A DNA stretch of 35,482 nt from a virus (taxonomy: Duplodnaviria; Caudoviricetes), in the IMG/VR virus record IMGVR_UViG_3300025653_000115, positions 1-35,482 of that record; one strand, 5' to 3'. Below the pieces are notes generated by a model that saw only the letters and a list, made by a program, of their open reading frames with translations, was not told where the DNA came from and did no database searches. Of the stretch, positions 27,269 to 35,482 are shown piece after piece (position 1 is the stretch's first letter; each line of letters starts with the position of its first letter). The translations under genes and the position numbers were made by a program.

Positions 27269-28291
27269 GTGGAAACGACTGATAGTAACACTGGGCCATT
27301 GAGCCTAGACCAAGCGGCTGAGTTAATTGCACAGCCGGAAGAAACAACTGAAGCAGAAGTCACCGAAGAGGTGGAGCAGGAGCAACCAGAAGAGGACTCC
27401 TACGAAGAAGCCGATGACGAGATCGATGCAGAAGTTGAAGACGTTGATCCTGATGAAGTCAATGAAGTCGATGACGAAGAGACTGAAGAGGATGACGAGA
27501 ACGAATACGAAGACGCAGAAGAAGACGATGAGTCTGAAGACCCTGTAGGTGAACTCTATACCGTAAAGGTAGACGGAGAAGATAAGCAGGTAACTCTGGA
27601 AGAACTCAAGCGTGGTTATTCTGGTCAGCAGTACGTTCAGAAAGGGATGCAACAGGCCGCCGAGGTTAAGAAAGAAGCCGAGAACGTCTATTACGCCCTG
27701 ATGCAGGAACGCCAAAATCTGGCGAATTTGGTACAACAGGTGCAGTCAGGCCAAAACCTGACACCGCCAACAGAGCCCGACAGTGCGATGTTTGATGCGG
27801 ATCCGATTGGGTACATGGAAGCTAAGATCCAGTACGACAATCAGATGAAGCAATATCAGCAGAACATGAGTCAAGTTCAGGCGGTCATGCAACAGCAGTC
27901 CGAGGCAGAGCAAGTTGCTCGCGCTGAGTATGCTAGGCAAGAGGCACAACGATTGGTTCAGGTCATCCCTGAATTGGCTGACGCCGGTAAGGCAGGCAAG
28001 TTCAAGGAAAATCTGGTACGCACTGCAACCGATGTATATGGATATACGCCGGAAGAAATCGCAGGCATCAGTTCACACAGAGACTTCTTGGTCCTGCGTG
28101 ACGCGATGAAGTACCGAGAGATGATGTCCGGGAAAAAGGATGTGCAGAGCAAGGTCCAAAAAGCCAAGCCTGCAATGAAGCCGGGAGCCAAGCGAGTTAA
28201 CACCAAGTCAGATGCGGTGCGAAAGCAGAAAGACAGACTGAAGAAGTCAGGTAGCATCGAAGATGCACTGGCACTGATCATGCAAAACTAA
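27269..28291 (+). CDS. Capsid scaffolding protein
   Basis: Very acidic N-half, YTVKVDGE..QVTLEELKRGY, C-terminal LKKSGSIEDA. Confidence 0.85.
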   Translation: METTDSNTGPLSLDQAAELIAQPEETTEAEVTEEVEQEQPEEDSYEEADDEIDAEVEDVDPDEVNEVDDEETEEDDENEYEDAEEDDESEDPVGELYTVKVDGEDKQVTLEELKRGYSGQQYVQKGMQQAAEVKKEAENVYYALMQERQNLANLVQQVQSGQNLTPPTEPDSAMFDADPIGYMEAKIQYDNQMKQYQQNMSQVQAVMQQQSEAEQVARAEYARQEAQRLVQVIPELADAGKAGKFKENLVRTATDVYGYTPEEIAGISSHRDFLVLRDAMKYREMMSGKKDVQSKVQKAKPAMKPGAKRVNTKSDAVRKQKDRLKKSGSIEDALALIMQN

Positions 28292-28307
28292 CTTGAGGTA
28301 ATTCAAA

Positions 28308-29540
28308 ATGGCACAGCCAACCAACACTTTTGACAGCTATGATGCTGTAGGTATCCGCGAAGATTTGAGCGATGTAATCACGAATATCTCGCCTTAACTT
28401 GGGGCCGCTCTGGAGTAATTCAGAAGCGATAATCGCGTGAATTTCTGGGACGCTAAGTCGGAAACGATAAGCCAATCAGAAGCCAAGCTCCACAGGAATG
28501 TGGTGAAGGTTCAGAGACTAGGGTATGGAGTCCAGACCGGACGGTAAAACCCCACGAGTGCGCGACATCCTACGGGATGAAGATATAGTCCGATACTCCT
28601 TGGAAACGAGGAGAGCCGAGGATAAAGAGCCTTGGTGTAACATTTGGAAGAAACACCGTTCTACTCTGCGTGTAAAAAGACTAAAGCGACTAACACTTTC
28701 CACGAGTGGCAGACAGACTCGCTACGCGCATCTGCTGACAACGCTCACATTGAAGGTTTTGATACTGATGCAGAAGCTCGCACAGCGACTACTCGCCTCG
28801 GAAATTACAGCCAGATCATGAAGAATGCAGTTTCCGTGCCAGATACGGATGAAGGGCTCTCAAAGGCAGGTCGCGCAAAAGAAATCGGCTATCAGGTACT
28901 GAAAGTCGCAAAAGAGCAAAAGCTCGATATTGAGAAAGCACTCTTTAGTAACCAAGCCTATGTTCAGGGCAACGGCACTGACACTGCCCGCCGTCTTGCA
29001 GGCGTTCCTGCGTGGTTGACCACTAACACAAACTTCCACACTGGTGGCGACACTGATGGTGCTGATCCTGTTACTATCGGATCAACTGCGCGTACAGACG
29101 CTGTTGGCTCTATAGGTACTCCTCTTACTGCATTCGATCAAACCAAGTTTGATTTGGTGATGCAATCCGTCTGGGAGCAAGGGGGGGTACCGCAAACTGT
29201 CTACTTGTCAGCGTTCCAAATGAACAAGGCATTGGGCTTCACTGGTAACAACAATCAGCGTTCAACTATTGGCGCGTCTGATGGTGAAGTAGCGAACCTG
29301 TTGAACATTTACATGACTCCTTGGGGTTCAGTAGAGTTCATCCCTACTCGCGAAAACCGTTCACGCGATGTGTTCATCATGCAAAACGACATGTGGGAAG
29401 TTGCGGTATTGCGCCCAACTAAGAACACTGCGTTGGCCAAGACTGGTGACTCAACACGCCGCCAAGTAATCACTGAACTCACTCTGGTATGCCGGAATGA
29501 GGCTAGTAGCGGTGCAGTGTACGATTCAACAACGTCTTAA
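28308..29540 (+). CDS. Major capsid protein (DUF5309/SU10-like), two exons 28308-28394 and 28647-29540, 326 aa spliced
   Basis: GAGG RBS then MAQPTNTFDSYDAVGIREDLSDVITNISP joined in frame to EETPFY...HEWQTDSL, restoring the family N-terminal motif (GxREDL.D.I.NISP.ETPF). Confidence 0.92.
28395..28646 (+). mobile_element. Group I self-splicing intron (IA-like, 252 nt, no homing endonuclease)
   Basis: Exon ends in U with U.G in P1 (GCCU/GGGC); terminal G; P AAUUUCUGGGA 28440, Q AAUCAGAAGCC 28474, R GUUCAGAGACUA 28509, S AAGAUAUAGUCC 28580; P3 UCGCGU/GCGCGA; P8 CAUCC/GGAUG; P9 with GAAA loop. Confidence 0.93.
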
Positions 29541-29554
29541 TTGACGTAAAATAA

Positions 29555-29578
29555 GGAAGGGGCTACGGCCCCTTTCTG
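29555..29578 (+). terminator. Intrinsic terminator after the capsid gene
   Basis: AAGGGGC-TACG-GCCCCTT followed by TCT. Confidence 0.7.
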
Positions 29579-29595
29579 CTATCAAGGGGAGCAAA

Positions 29596-29784
29596 ATGCA
29601 GTACAAAGTAGTAGTAGGAACATTGTTCATTGCCGGTGTGAAGTACACACGCGGTCAGGTGGTTGAACTATCTCCAGACGTTGCGGTCCAGTATGGCGTT
29701 CGCATTGAGGAGCAACCAGAGGTCAAGCCTGCGCCAGTTCGCAAGTCTCGCAAGAAGGCCGAGGTATCCGATGAAGATAGCTGA
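29596..29784 (+). CDS. Small capsid-associated hypothetical protein
   Basis: GGGGAG RBS; GVKYTRGQVVEL motif and basic tail. Confidence 0.65.
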   Translation: MQYKVVVGTLFIAGVKYTRGQVVELSPDVAVQYGVRIEEQPEVKPAPVRKSRKKAEVSDEDS

Positions 29785-30064
29785 AAAGCTCATCTACGAC
29801 CCGGTGACAAATAAATTCATCCACAAGAAGACACATGACTTCACGGGGGCCGAAAAAGTTGCGAAAATGGCATCTGTGACAACAAACGGCGGGATCGTTG
29901 GTGAGAACCGTTTGATTGGAACTATCCCGAGGGCGCTAGTAAATGAGTGGCTGAAGGAAGCGGGCGTGAAGTGGGATGATACGGATGCGCGACAGCAGGT
30001 CGTCAAACGCAAAATCCTGTCTGGTGAATTTGACAAGTTTCGCGTCTGGAAAGGAACGTATTAG
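29771..30064 (+). CDS. Hypothetical protein
   Basis: GAGG RBS before ATG 29771; RLIGTIP..LVNEWLKEAGV...FRVWKG. Confidence 0.7.
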   Translation: MKIAEKLIYDPVTNKFIHKKTHDFTGAEKVAKMASVTTNGGIVGENRLIGTIPRALVNEWLKEAGVKWDDTDARQQVVKRKILSGEFDKFRVWKGTY

Positions 30065-30066
30065 TA

Positions 30067-30303
30067 ATGGACATGATGGTCTGGAATATTATCCTGACAG
30101 GCTTTGTAGGCTTATTGGGATTTGTCGGCAAGGAAATGCACGATGAGATCAAGAGACTGAGCATATTGCTCAACCGGACCAGAGAAGAAGTCGCTAAGGA
30201 CTATGTCACCAAGCAAGAGGTCCACGCCGATATGAATCGTGTGATGGACCGTCTTGACGCACTAGACGCAAAAATTGATCGGCTCATTGAGAGCAGGTCA
30301 TGA
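30067..30303 (+). CDS. Membrane-anchored coiled-coil protein (possible holin/antiholin-like)
   Basis: N-terminal TM helix followed by coiled coil. Confidence 0.6.
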   Translation: MDMMVWNIILTGFVGLLGFVGKEMHDEIKRLSILLNRTREEVAKDYVTKQEVHADMNRVMDRLDALDAKIDRLIESRS

Positions 30304-30749
30304 TCTTTGAGGCCATAGCGGCCATTAAAATTGCGAACGAATGTATAGGCGCGATAAAGGAATTTGCGGGCCATGTTGAGTCTGTGGGAGCCATGGGCAA
30401 GGATTTGACCAAGCTCGCAGACGCGAAGGACGATATCGAGAAAGCCGCCGCCTCTGGAGATATGGAGGCGTTTTGGGCGCTCGAGGACATTAAATCCAAA
30501 GAAGCCCTTATAAAACAACAGTTTATCTATGCCGGGCGCCCCGGCCTTTGGGATGATTACTGTACCTTCATTCGCAACAGAAAGCAGATGCGTGAGAATG
30601 AGAAGAGACGTGCAGAGGCTAAGAGAGTGGCTAAGAAAAAAGCCTTCAAGACTGGACTGGTTGTTACTGGTGCTGTGCTTGGCGTGTTCACTGCCGTGGG
30701 CCTTGCCATCTTTATGGTTTATTGGATGGTATCTTTACGAGGTAAGTAG
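30300..30749 (+). CDS. Hypothetical protein with C-terminal TM helix
   Basis: Hydrophobic GLVVTGAVLGVFTAVGLAIFMVYW. Confidence 0.65.
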   Translation: MIFEAIAAIKIANECIGAIKEFAGHVESVGAMGKDLTKLADAKDDIEKAAASGDMEAFWALEDIKSKEALIKQQFIYAGRPGLWDDYCTFIRNRKQMRENEKRRAEAKRVAKKKAFKTGLVVTGAVLGVFTAVGLAIFMVYWMVSLRGK

Positions 30750-30751
30750 CT

Positions 30752-31024
30752 ATGGCAATTGAGTATCGTGGCGAGCGGTTCAGCGGGTACAACAAGCCCA
30801 AGAGAACGCCAAGCCATCCAACAAAGTCACACGCTGTTTTGGCGAAAGAAGGTGACAAGATTAAACTGATTCGGTTCGGTCAGCAGGGAGTATCAGGTGC
30901 GGGCAAGAACCCGAAGACGGACGCTCAGAAAGCGCGCCGCAAGTCGTTCAAGGCAAGACACGCTAAGAACATCTCAAAAGGCAAAATGTCAGCGGCCTAC
31001 TGGGCCAACAAAACCAAGTGGTGA
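30752..31024 (+). CDS. Small basic phage protein
   Basis: GYNKPKRTPSHPTKSHAVLAKEG...LIRFGQQG...SFKARH...SAAYWANKTKW. Confidence 0.75.
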   Translation: MAIEYRGERFSGYNKPKRTPSHPTKSHAVLAKEGDKIKLIRFGQQGVSGAGKNPKTDAQKARRKSFKARHAKNISKGKMSAAYWANKTKW

Positions 31025-31029
31025 TATAG

Positions 31030-31173
31030 ATGGCGAAGTACACAGCAAAGAAATCAATGAAGAAATCAATGGCGAAAAAGGAGTTCACTCCATGTAGCCG
31101 TTGCCCAAACCCTAAAGCATGCGCGGCGGCAAATGGCGGTAAGGGAATGTGTTTGGCGCAGGCTCTGTCATGA
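31030..31173 (+). CDS. Small basic Cys-rich protein (47 aa, not in ORF track)
   Basis: MAKYTAKKSMKKSMAKKEFTPCSRCPNPKACAAANGGKGMCLAQALS*; ATGA overlap with the next gene. Confidence 0.6.
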   Translation: MAKYTAKKSMKKSMAKKEFTPCSRCPNPKACAAANGGKGMCLAQALS

Positions 31174-31331
31174 GTCTGTACAAGAACATCCACGCCAAGC
31201 GGAAGCGCATCAAGGAAGGCTCGAAAGAGAAGATGCGAACCCCTGGGACTAAGGGTGCGCCTACTGACAAGGCATTCAAGGCCGCCGCTAAGACTGCCAA
31301 GAAGCCAAAGAAAAGGACTGCCAGAGCATGA
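31170..31331 (+). CDS. Small Lys-rich protein
   Basis: MSLYKNIHAKRKRIKEGSKEKMRTPGTKGAPTDKAFKAAAKTAKK. Confidence 0.7.
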   Translation: MSLYKNIHAKRKRIKEGSKEKMRTPGTKGAPTDKAFKAAAKTAKKPKKRTARA

Positions 31332-31636
31332 CCGATCTCGAGAAGTACGACCACAACGGTAACGGCCAATTGGATCCAGAAGAGCGCGAGTTGATGCTTG
31401 AGGATCGCCGCCGGGAAATGGATGACGCAGATGCCAAGCGTGACGCACAGCGTAGGATCACATACATGGCCGCAAGCGGCATTTTGCTGTTTCCCTTCTC
31501 TGTGGTCGCCACTGAGGCGTTCGGCCTGTCAGGGGCTTCTACGTTGCTTGCAGACATGAGTACGATCTACTACGGGTCAATCTCGGTCATCATCGGCGCG
31601 TATTTTGGCTTCAGCAACATGGCAGGCAAAAAGTAA
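31328..31636 (+). CDS. Two-TM membrane protein with N-terminal EF-hand-like loop (holin-like)
   Basis: DHNGNGQLDPEE loop; two hydrophobic segments ending IIGAYFGFS. Confidence 0.65.
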   Translation: MTDLEKYDHNGNGQLDPEERELMLEDRRREMDDADAKRDAQRRITYMAASGILLFPFSVVATEAFGLSGASTLLADMSTIYYGSISVIIGAYFGFSNMAGKK

Positions 31637-31705
31637 TGTTGGGAGTTGTAGCTTTTATGCTACTACTCATGAACGTGATATGGATGGCGGCTGACCGCTA
31701 TTCAG

Positions 31706-31888
31706 ATGAAAACTTGTAGCTATCATTTCGAGCGCGGTTACTACAAGACCGAGTGCAAGTCGGTTCTGATATTCAGGCCGACTTTGAGGTGCGACAAGTG
31801 TGGTAGAAAGCCACAGGAGGTTAGGTATGCCGTTGATCAAAGGGTACAGCCAAGGCTCGATCAGCAAGAACATCAAGACGCTGATTAA
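31706..31888 (+). CDS. Small Cys-containing hypothetical protein
   Basis: C...C...CDKCG. Confidence 0.45.
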   Translation: MKTCSYHFERGYYKTECKSVLIFRPTLRCDKCGRKPQEVRYAVDQRVQPRLDQQEHQDAD

Positions 31889-31967
31889 GGAAGGCAAGCC
31901 CCAGAAGCAGGCTGTCGCAATTGCAAACTCGATTGCGAGGGAAGCAAAGAAGAGGGCGAAGAAATGA
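31827..31967 (+). CDS. Small basic protein (46 aa, not in ORF track)
   Basis: AGGAGG RBS; MPLIKGYSQGSISKNIKTLIKEGKPQKQAVAIANSIAREAKKRAKK*. Confidence 0.7.
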   Translation: MPLIKGYSQGSISKNIKTLIKEGKPQKQAVAIANSIAREAKKRAKK

Positions 31968-32149
31968 GCGTCTGGGTTCTGGTCGCGATGATGTTTATCG
32001 AGGGCCAGTTCAAGTTCATGATGCTCGGCGCATACACAGCAATGGATGAATGTTTCGAGGCCAGAGAATATTTCATGGCTACCGGACCTCAACCGAAAAT
32101 CAATTATGAGTCGATCTGCGTTAAGACAGATCAACTGGAGATTTTATGA
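31964..32149 (+). CDS. Hypothetical exported/membrane protein
   Basis: Hydrophobic WVLVAMM N-terminus, Y..MDECFEARE...C pattern. Confidence 0.6.
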   Translation: MSVWVLVAMMFIEGQFKFMMLGAYTAMDECFEAREYFMATGPQPKINYESICVKTDQLEIL

Positions 32150-32550
32150 TTAATTTACTCGGATCGCTGATTGGTCCTGTAACAGGGTTACTGGATAAGG
32201 TGGTCGAAGATAAGGACCAGAAGAATGCCTTGGCTCACGAAATCGCAACCTTGGCCGGAAAACAGGCGCACGAAGCCGCCATGGCGCAAGTCGAAGTCAA
32301 CAAAGCAGAAGCCCAACACAAATCAATATTCGTTGCCGGATGGCGCCCCTGCGTGGGTTGGGTCTGTGCCTGTGCGATGGCGTACCACTTTATCCTTGCT
32401 CCACTTATATTGTTTGGAGTGGGCATCTATGGCGCGGAAATACCTGAACTCCCTGCGTTCGATATGGACTCGCTGATGACAGTATTATTGGGGATGCTCG
32501 GCCTCGGAGGGTTGAGAACATATGAAAAACAGAAAGGACTTACCAAGTAG
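32146..32550 (+). CDS. Holin (3TM, GTA-type family)
   Basis: EAQHKSIFVAGWRPCVGWVC...LLGMLGLGGLRTYEK; adjacent to lysozyme. Confidence 0.85.
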   Translation: MINLLGSLIGPVTGLLDKVVEDKDQKNALAHEIATLAGKQAHEAAMAQVEVNKAEAQHKSIFVAGWRPCVGWVCACAMAYHFILAPLILFGVGIYGAEIPELPAFDMDSLMTVLLGMLGLGGLRTYEKQKGLTK

Positions 32551-32564
32551 TGAGATTTGCAGAT

Positions 32565-32987
32565 ATGGATATTGAAGCGTTAAAAGACCAACTGATTTTG
32601 CATGAAGGGCTGAAGCTCAAGCCATACAAGTGTACGGCGGGGAAGATCACCATCGGGGTCGGTCGTAACATCGAAGACATAGGCATCACAGAAGATGAGG
32701 CTAGGTCGTTGTTAGATAACGATATCTTGAGGGTTGCACAGGAATTGGACAATGCGTTACCTTGGTGGCGCGATTTGAGTGATGTGCGCCAAAGAGTATT
32801 GTTGGATATGGCATTCAATATCGGAACCCCGACACTAATGAAGTTCAAAAACACACTGGCTCTGATCGAGGCAGGGGAGTTTGAAAAGGCTTCAGTAGAG
32901 ATGCTTGACTCGCGGTGGGCTGAGCAAGTTGGGCAACGCGCAAGGACGTTGTCGCAAGCTATGGCAACGGATGTGCTAGACATATGA
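32565..32987 (+). CDS. Endolysin, lysozyme-like (GH24)
   Basis: HEGLKLKPYKCTAGKITIGVGRN...DMAFNIG...EMLDSRWAEQVGQRA. Confidence 0.9.
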   Translation: MDIEALKDQLILHEGLKLKPYKCTAGKITIGVGRNIEDIGITEDEARSLLDNDILRVAQELDNALPWWRDLSDVRQRVLLDMAFNIGTPTLMKFKNTLALIEAGEFEKASVEMLDSRWAEQVGQRARTLSQAMATDVLDI

Positions 32988-32994
32988 GGATGTT

Positions 32995-34167
32995 ATGTCG
33001 ATTGATCCAAAGCTACTCGAGTTTTGTAGAACTGAAAACCAACGAAGCATAGTACAGGCGGTAATAGATCACGGCACTCAACGTGCCGCCGCCACAGCAC
33101 TCAATCTAGCCCACGGTACAGTCGGGAATTGCATTGTCTCTGTGAAGCGTAATGCTGAGCGCAGGGGCTACGCTCCCGAATACGACCTGACCCATGTAAT
33201 CCCAGAAACCATGACGTTGAAGGGAACAAGTACCCTGTATCACGCCGAAAAGGGCAGGATGATGCAGTGGGTCAAAACCAATGCTGACAAAGAGGCGCAA
33301 GCCCGCATCATCATCGAGGGAATCAAAGATGCACTTGAGGAATACAGAGGAACTTCAGAACCTATCCAACACATGGGCCTCTCACAAGAGGACTGTCTCC
33401 ATACGATGGTTATGGGGGACGCTCACTTTGGAGCTATGGCTCACAAAGAAGAAACTCGCATTGATGATTTTGATTCGGAAATTGCGTACCGCATCATGCA
33501 GGGCGCTGTCGATTATCTTACGCAGGCCGCTCCTCCTACTAAGGAAGCTCTGTTCGTAAACGTGGGCGATGCCCTGCATACGGACAACAGTTCAAACAAG
33601 ACTCGCGGTCACGGTCACCAACTGGACGTTGACAGCCGGTACTACCGGATCATCAAGGTGTTCGTCTGGTCGATGATTCACGCGATTCAGCGCATGCTTG
33701 AAAAGCACGAAAAGGTCACCGTGATCAACGCGGCAGGGAACCATGACCCTGACTCCACGCACTGGATCCAATTGTCACTGGCGCTGTACTTTGACAACGA
33801 GCCACGGGTGGAAATCATCCAAGACCCGGCGCACTACCAGATGTATCGATTCAACGATGTACTGCTTGGTGTTACCCATGGTGACGGCGCAAGGATGGAA
33901 GAGCTACCCAATATCATGGCTCACTTGTGGGCATCTGACTGGGGGCAGACCAGACACCGGCACTGGATCACTGGACACATCCATCACCGGGTGGTCAAAG
34001 AGTTCACCGGGTGCAAGGTCGAGTCATTCAACACTCTTGCACCATCGGACGCATGGCATGCCAAGTCAGGCTACTTTGCGGCCCGTGAGATGCACTCGCT
34101 GATCTTCCACAAGGAACATGGTCTGGTGGCAAGAAATTGCTGTCCTGTTGGTTTGGCACACAATTAG
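32995..34167 (+). CDS. Calcineurin-like metallophosphoesterase with N-terminal HTH
   Basis: GDAH, GD.LH, GNHD, HGD, GHIHH motifs; TQRAAATALNLAHGTV HTH. Confidence 0.85.
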   Translation: MSIDPKLLEFCRTENQRSIVQAVIDHGTQRAAATALNLAHGTVGNCIVSVKRNAERRGYAPEYDLTHVIPETMTLKGTSTLYHAEKGRMMQWVKTNADKEAQARIIIEGIKDALEEYRGTSEPIQHMGLSQEDCLHTMVMGDAHFGAMAHKEETRIDDFDSEIAYRIMQGAVDYLTQAAPPTKEALFVNVGDALHTDNSSNKTRGHGHQLDVDSRYYRIIKVFVWSMIHAIQRMLEKHEKVTVINAAGNHDPDSTHWIQLSLALYFDNEPRVEIIQDPAHYQMYRFNDVLLGVTHGDGARMEELPNIMAHLWASDWGQTRHRHWITGHIHHRVVKEFTGCKVESFNTLAPSDAWHAKSGYFAAREMHSLIFHKEHGLVARNCCPVGLAHN

Positions 34168-34169
34168 TG

Positions 34170-34198
34170 TTGCATCTGTAAACGATAAGTGTTTAAAT
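34170..34198 (+). promoter_or_regulatory. Putative sigma70-type promoter P3 of the recombination operon
   Basis: AGTGTTGCAT -35 context shared with P1/P2; TG-T-TTAAAT -10-like element. Confidence 0.55.
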
Positions 34199-34231
34199 GG
34201 CTCCTGTTGTTAATCAATAGGAGTCAACTAA

Positions 34232-34861
34232 ATGTCTAAAGCAACACTCATGGCCCGTGTATGGGCAGACCTTTCCGCTATCAACGTCAACGATCACGTC
34301 CAGAAGAAGGGCAATCTTTCCTATCTGTCATGGACTTGGGCATGGTCAACACTGATGGCCAAGTACCCAGAATCTTATTACGTCTTCCAAGATCACTCAG
34401 AGGCTGATGGCTCTGTGATGGTTGAGTGCGTCTTGACTATTCACGAGGGTGAAGAGGTTGCGACTCGCACAATGTGGTTGCCTGTGATGGATCACAAGAA
34501 CAAGGCGATCAACAATCCAAACGCCCGCGATATTTCAGATGCGCGTATGCGTTGCCTAGTGAAGTGCTTGGCGATGTTTGGCCTTGGCTTCTACATCTAT
34601 GCAGGCGAAGACATTCCTTCCGCTGAGAAAGAAGAGCAGTCACAGCCAATCGATAAGGCTCAGGCTCAACAACTGAATGAGATGATTGACTACTCAGGTA
34701 CTGACGCAAGTCGTTTCCTGTCGTTCTACAAGATCAAGTCAGTGTCAGAGCTTCCAAAGTCACACTTTGAGCAGGCGTACAACATGCTCCAGAAAAAGAT
34801 CGCTGATATGGAATCAGCTACGGCGGCGTCAGATGAAATCATCGATGACGACTCCTTGTAA
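34232..34861 (+). CDS. Sak/Rad52-like single-strand annealing protein (DUF1071-like)
   Basis: LSYLSWTWAW...MWLPVMD.KNKAI...MRCLVKCLAMFGLGFYIYAGEDIP. Confidence 0.88.
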   Translation: MSKATLMARVWADLSAINVNDHVQKKGNLSYLSWTWAWSTLMAKYPESYYVFQDHSEADGSVMVECVLTIHEGEEVATRTMWLPVMDHKNKAINNPNARDISDARMRCLVKCLAMFGLGFYIYAGEDIPSAEKEEQSQPIDKAQAQQLNEMIDYSGTDASRFLSFYKIKSVSELPKSHFEQAYNMLQKKIADMESATAASDEIIDDDSL

Positions 34862-35030
34862 GTATTGCGGCAATCCTGCTGACGTTCGCGTCAGTGGGGT
34901 TCTTGAATGTGCCGCTTGTTGGTTAATGAGAGGTGACCATGTCAGGAAAGGGAAGCAAGCCGCGTCCAGTGGACAAAGCAAAATACGAGAGCAACTACGA
35001 CAGAATATTCAAAAAGGGCAAGCACGATGA
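34845..35030 (+). CDS. Small zinc-finger protein
   Basis: CKYCG...ECAACW. Confidence 0.4.
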   Translation: MTTPCKYCGNPADVRVSGVLECAACWLMRGDHVRKGKQAASSGQSKIREQLRQNIQKGQAR

Positions 35031-35091
35031 GAATGATAGATCACGAACAGGGAACGCCGGAGTGGCTCCAGAGCAGACTGGGATGCCCTAG
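34939..35091 (+). CDS. Small hypothetical protein (50 aa, not in ORF track)
   Basis: GAGG RBS; MSGKGSKPRPVDKAKYESNYDRIF, a motif I recall from aquatic phage mini-proteins. Confidence 0.6.
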   Translation: MSGKGSKPRPVDKAKYESNYDRIFKKGKHDENDRSRTGNAGVAPEQTGMP

Positions 35092-35482
35092 CGGTTCAGG
35101 GTTCGCAAACCTGATCACAGCTACCGGGAAGCCGTCCACTAGCGCTGACGCATACATCAACCAGTTGGTGGCCGAGTTACTGACAGGTCAGCCAACAGAG
35201 TTCAAGGTGAACGAATATATGCAACGGGGAACCGACTTGGAGCCAGTGGCCAGAGAATACTATTCGCTATCTTCCGGTAAATCTGTAGTTCAAGTCGGGT
35301 TCTGCAAGAGTGACAAGCTCGAGGCAGGCGTAAGCCCTGACGGTTTGATTGGCACGAATGGTGGCTTGGAATTGAAGGTTCCAGCCCCGCATACACATGT
35401 GGCATACCTCCGCGATGGTGGTCTGCCGACAAAGTACAAACAGCAGGTGATGGGCTGTCTGTGGATCACTGATCGTGAGTGG
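35027..35482 (+). CDS. YqaJ/lambda-exonuclease-like protein, N-terminal part (continues at window start)
   Basis: EQGTPEWLQSRLG...MQRGTDLEPVAR...SPDGLIG...LELK. Confidence 0.92.
   Translation, partial: MRMIDHEQGTPEWLQSRLGCPSGSGFANLITATGKPSTSADAYINQLVAELLTGQPTEFKVNEYMQRGTDLEPVAREYYSLSSGKSVVQVGFCKSDKLEAGVSPDGLIGTNGGLELKVPAPHTHVAYLRDGGLPTKYKQQVMGCLWITDREW
35348..35482. repeat. Terminal direct repeat / circular overlap (copy 2)
   Basis: Matches 1-135 with one mismatch. Confidence 0.95.

Noticed and set aside
28525-28821. 98-aa ORF as an intron-encoded homing endonuclease
   Set aside because: No HNH, GIY-YIG or LAGLIDADG motif; it runs through the ribozyme core and out of frame into exon 2
28644-29540. 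Track ORF starting at TTG 28644 as the complete capsid gene, or stop read-through of the insert
   Set aside because: No RBS, lacks the conserved N-terminus, and the insert has several in-frame stops (TAA 28395, TAA 28416) plus a full group I core
119-35432. Minus-strand ORFs in the track
   Set aside because: They are shadows of + strand genes or structured regions, with no recognisable motifs or RBS

Overview
The window is an apparently complete, circularly permuted genome (~35,347 bp unit plus a 135-bp terminal overlap) of a tailed dsDNA phage with podovirus-like architecture, probably infecting a proteobacterium (host not determinable here). All credible genes are on the + strand. Modules: recombination/replication (Sak-type annealase, YqaJ exonuclease, SSB-like, NinB, NinG, SF2 helicase, stand-alone primase zinc-finger; no DNA polymerase or integrase seen), small early genes, TerS/TerL, two putative injected effectors, adaptor/tail fibres/nozzle, ejection proteins, portal-scaffold-major capsid, and lysis genes. 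Most notable: (1) the major capsid gene is split by a compact, ORF-less 252-nt group I intron (28395-28646); (2) an array of different operator-like palindromes, most duplicated at 20-21 bp spacing, at 2351-2616; (3) a ~400-nt highly structured non-coding region with its own promoter upstream of the helicase; (4) a covarying GTAA-loop hairpin that contains the stop codon of four early genes ending in Ala-Ala/Val-Ala; (5) two unrelated proteins after TerL sharing a C-terminal tag. Family assignments come from motif recognition, not database searches.
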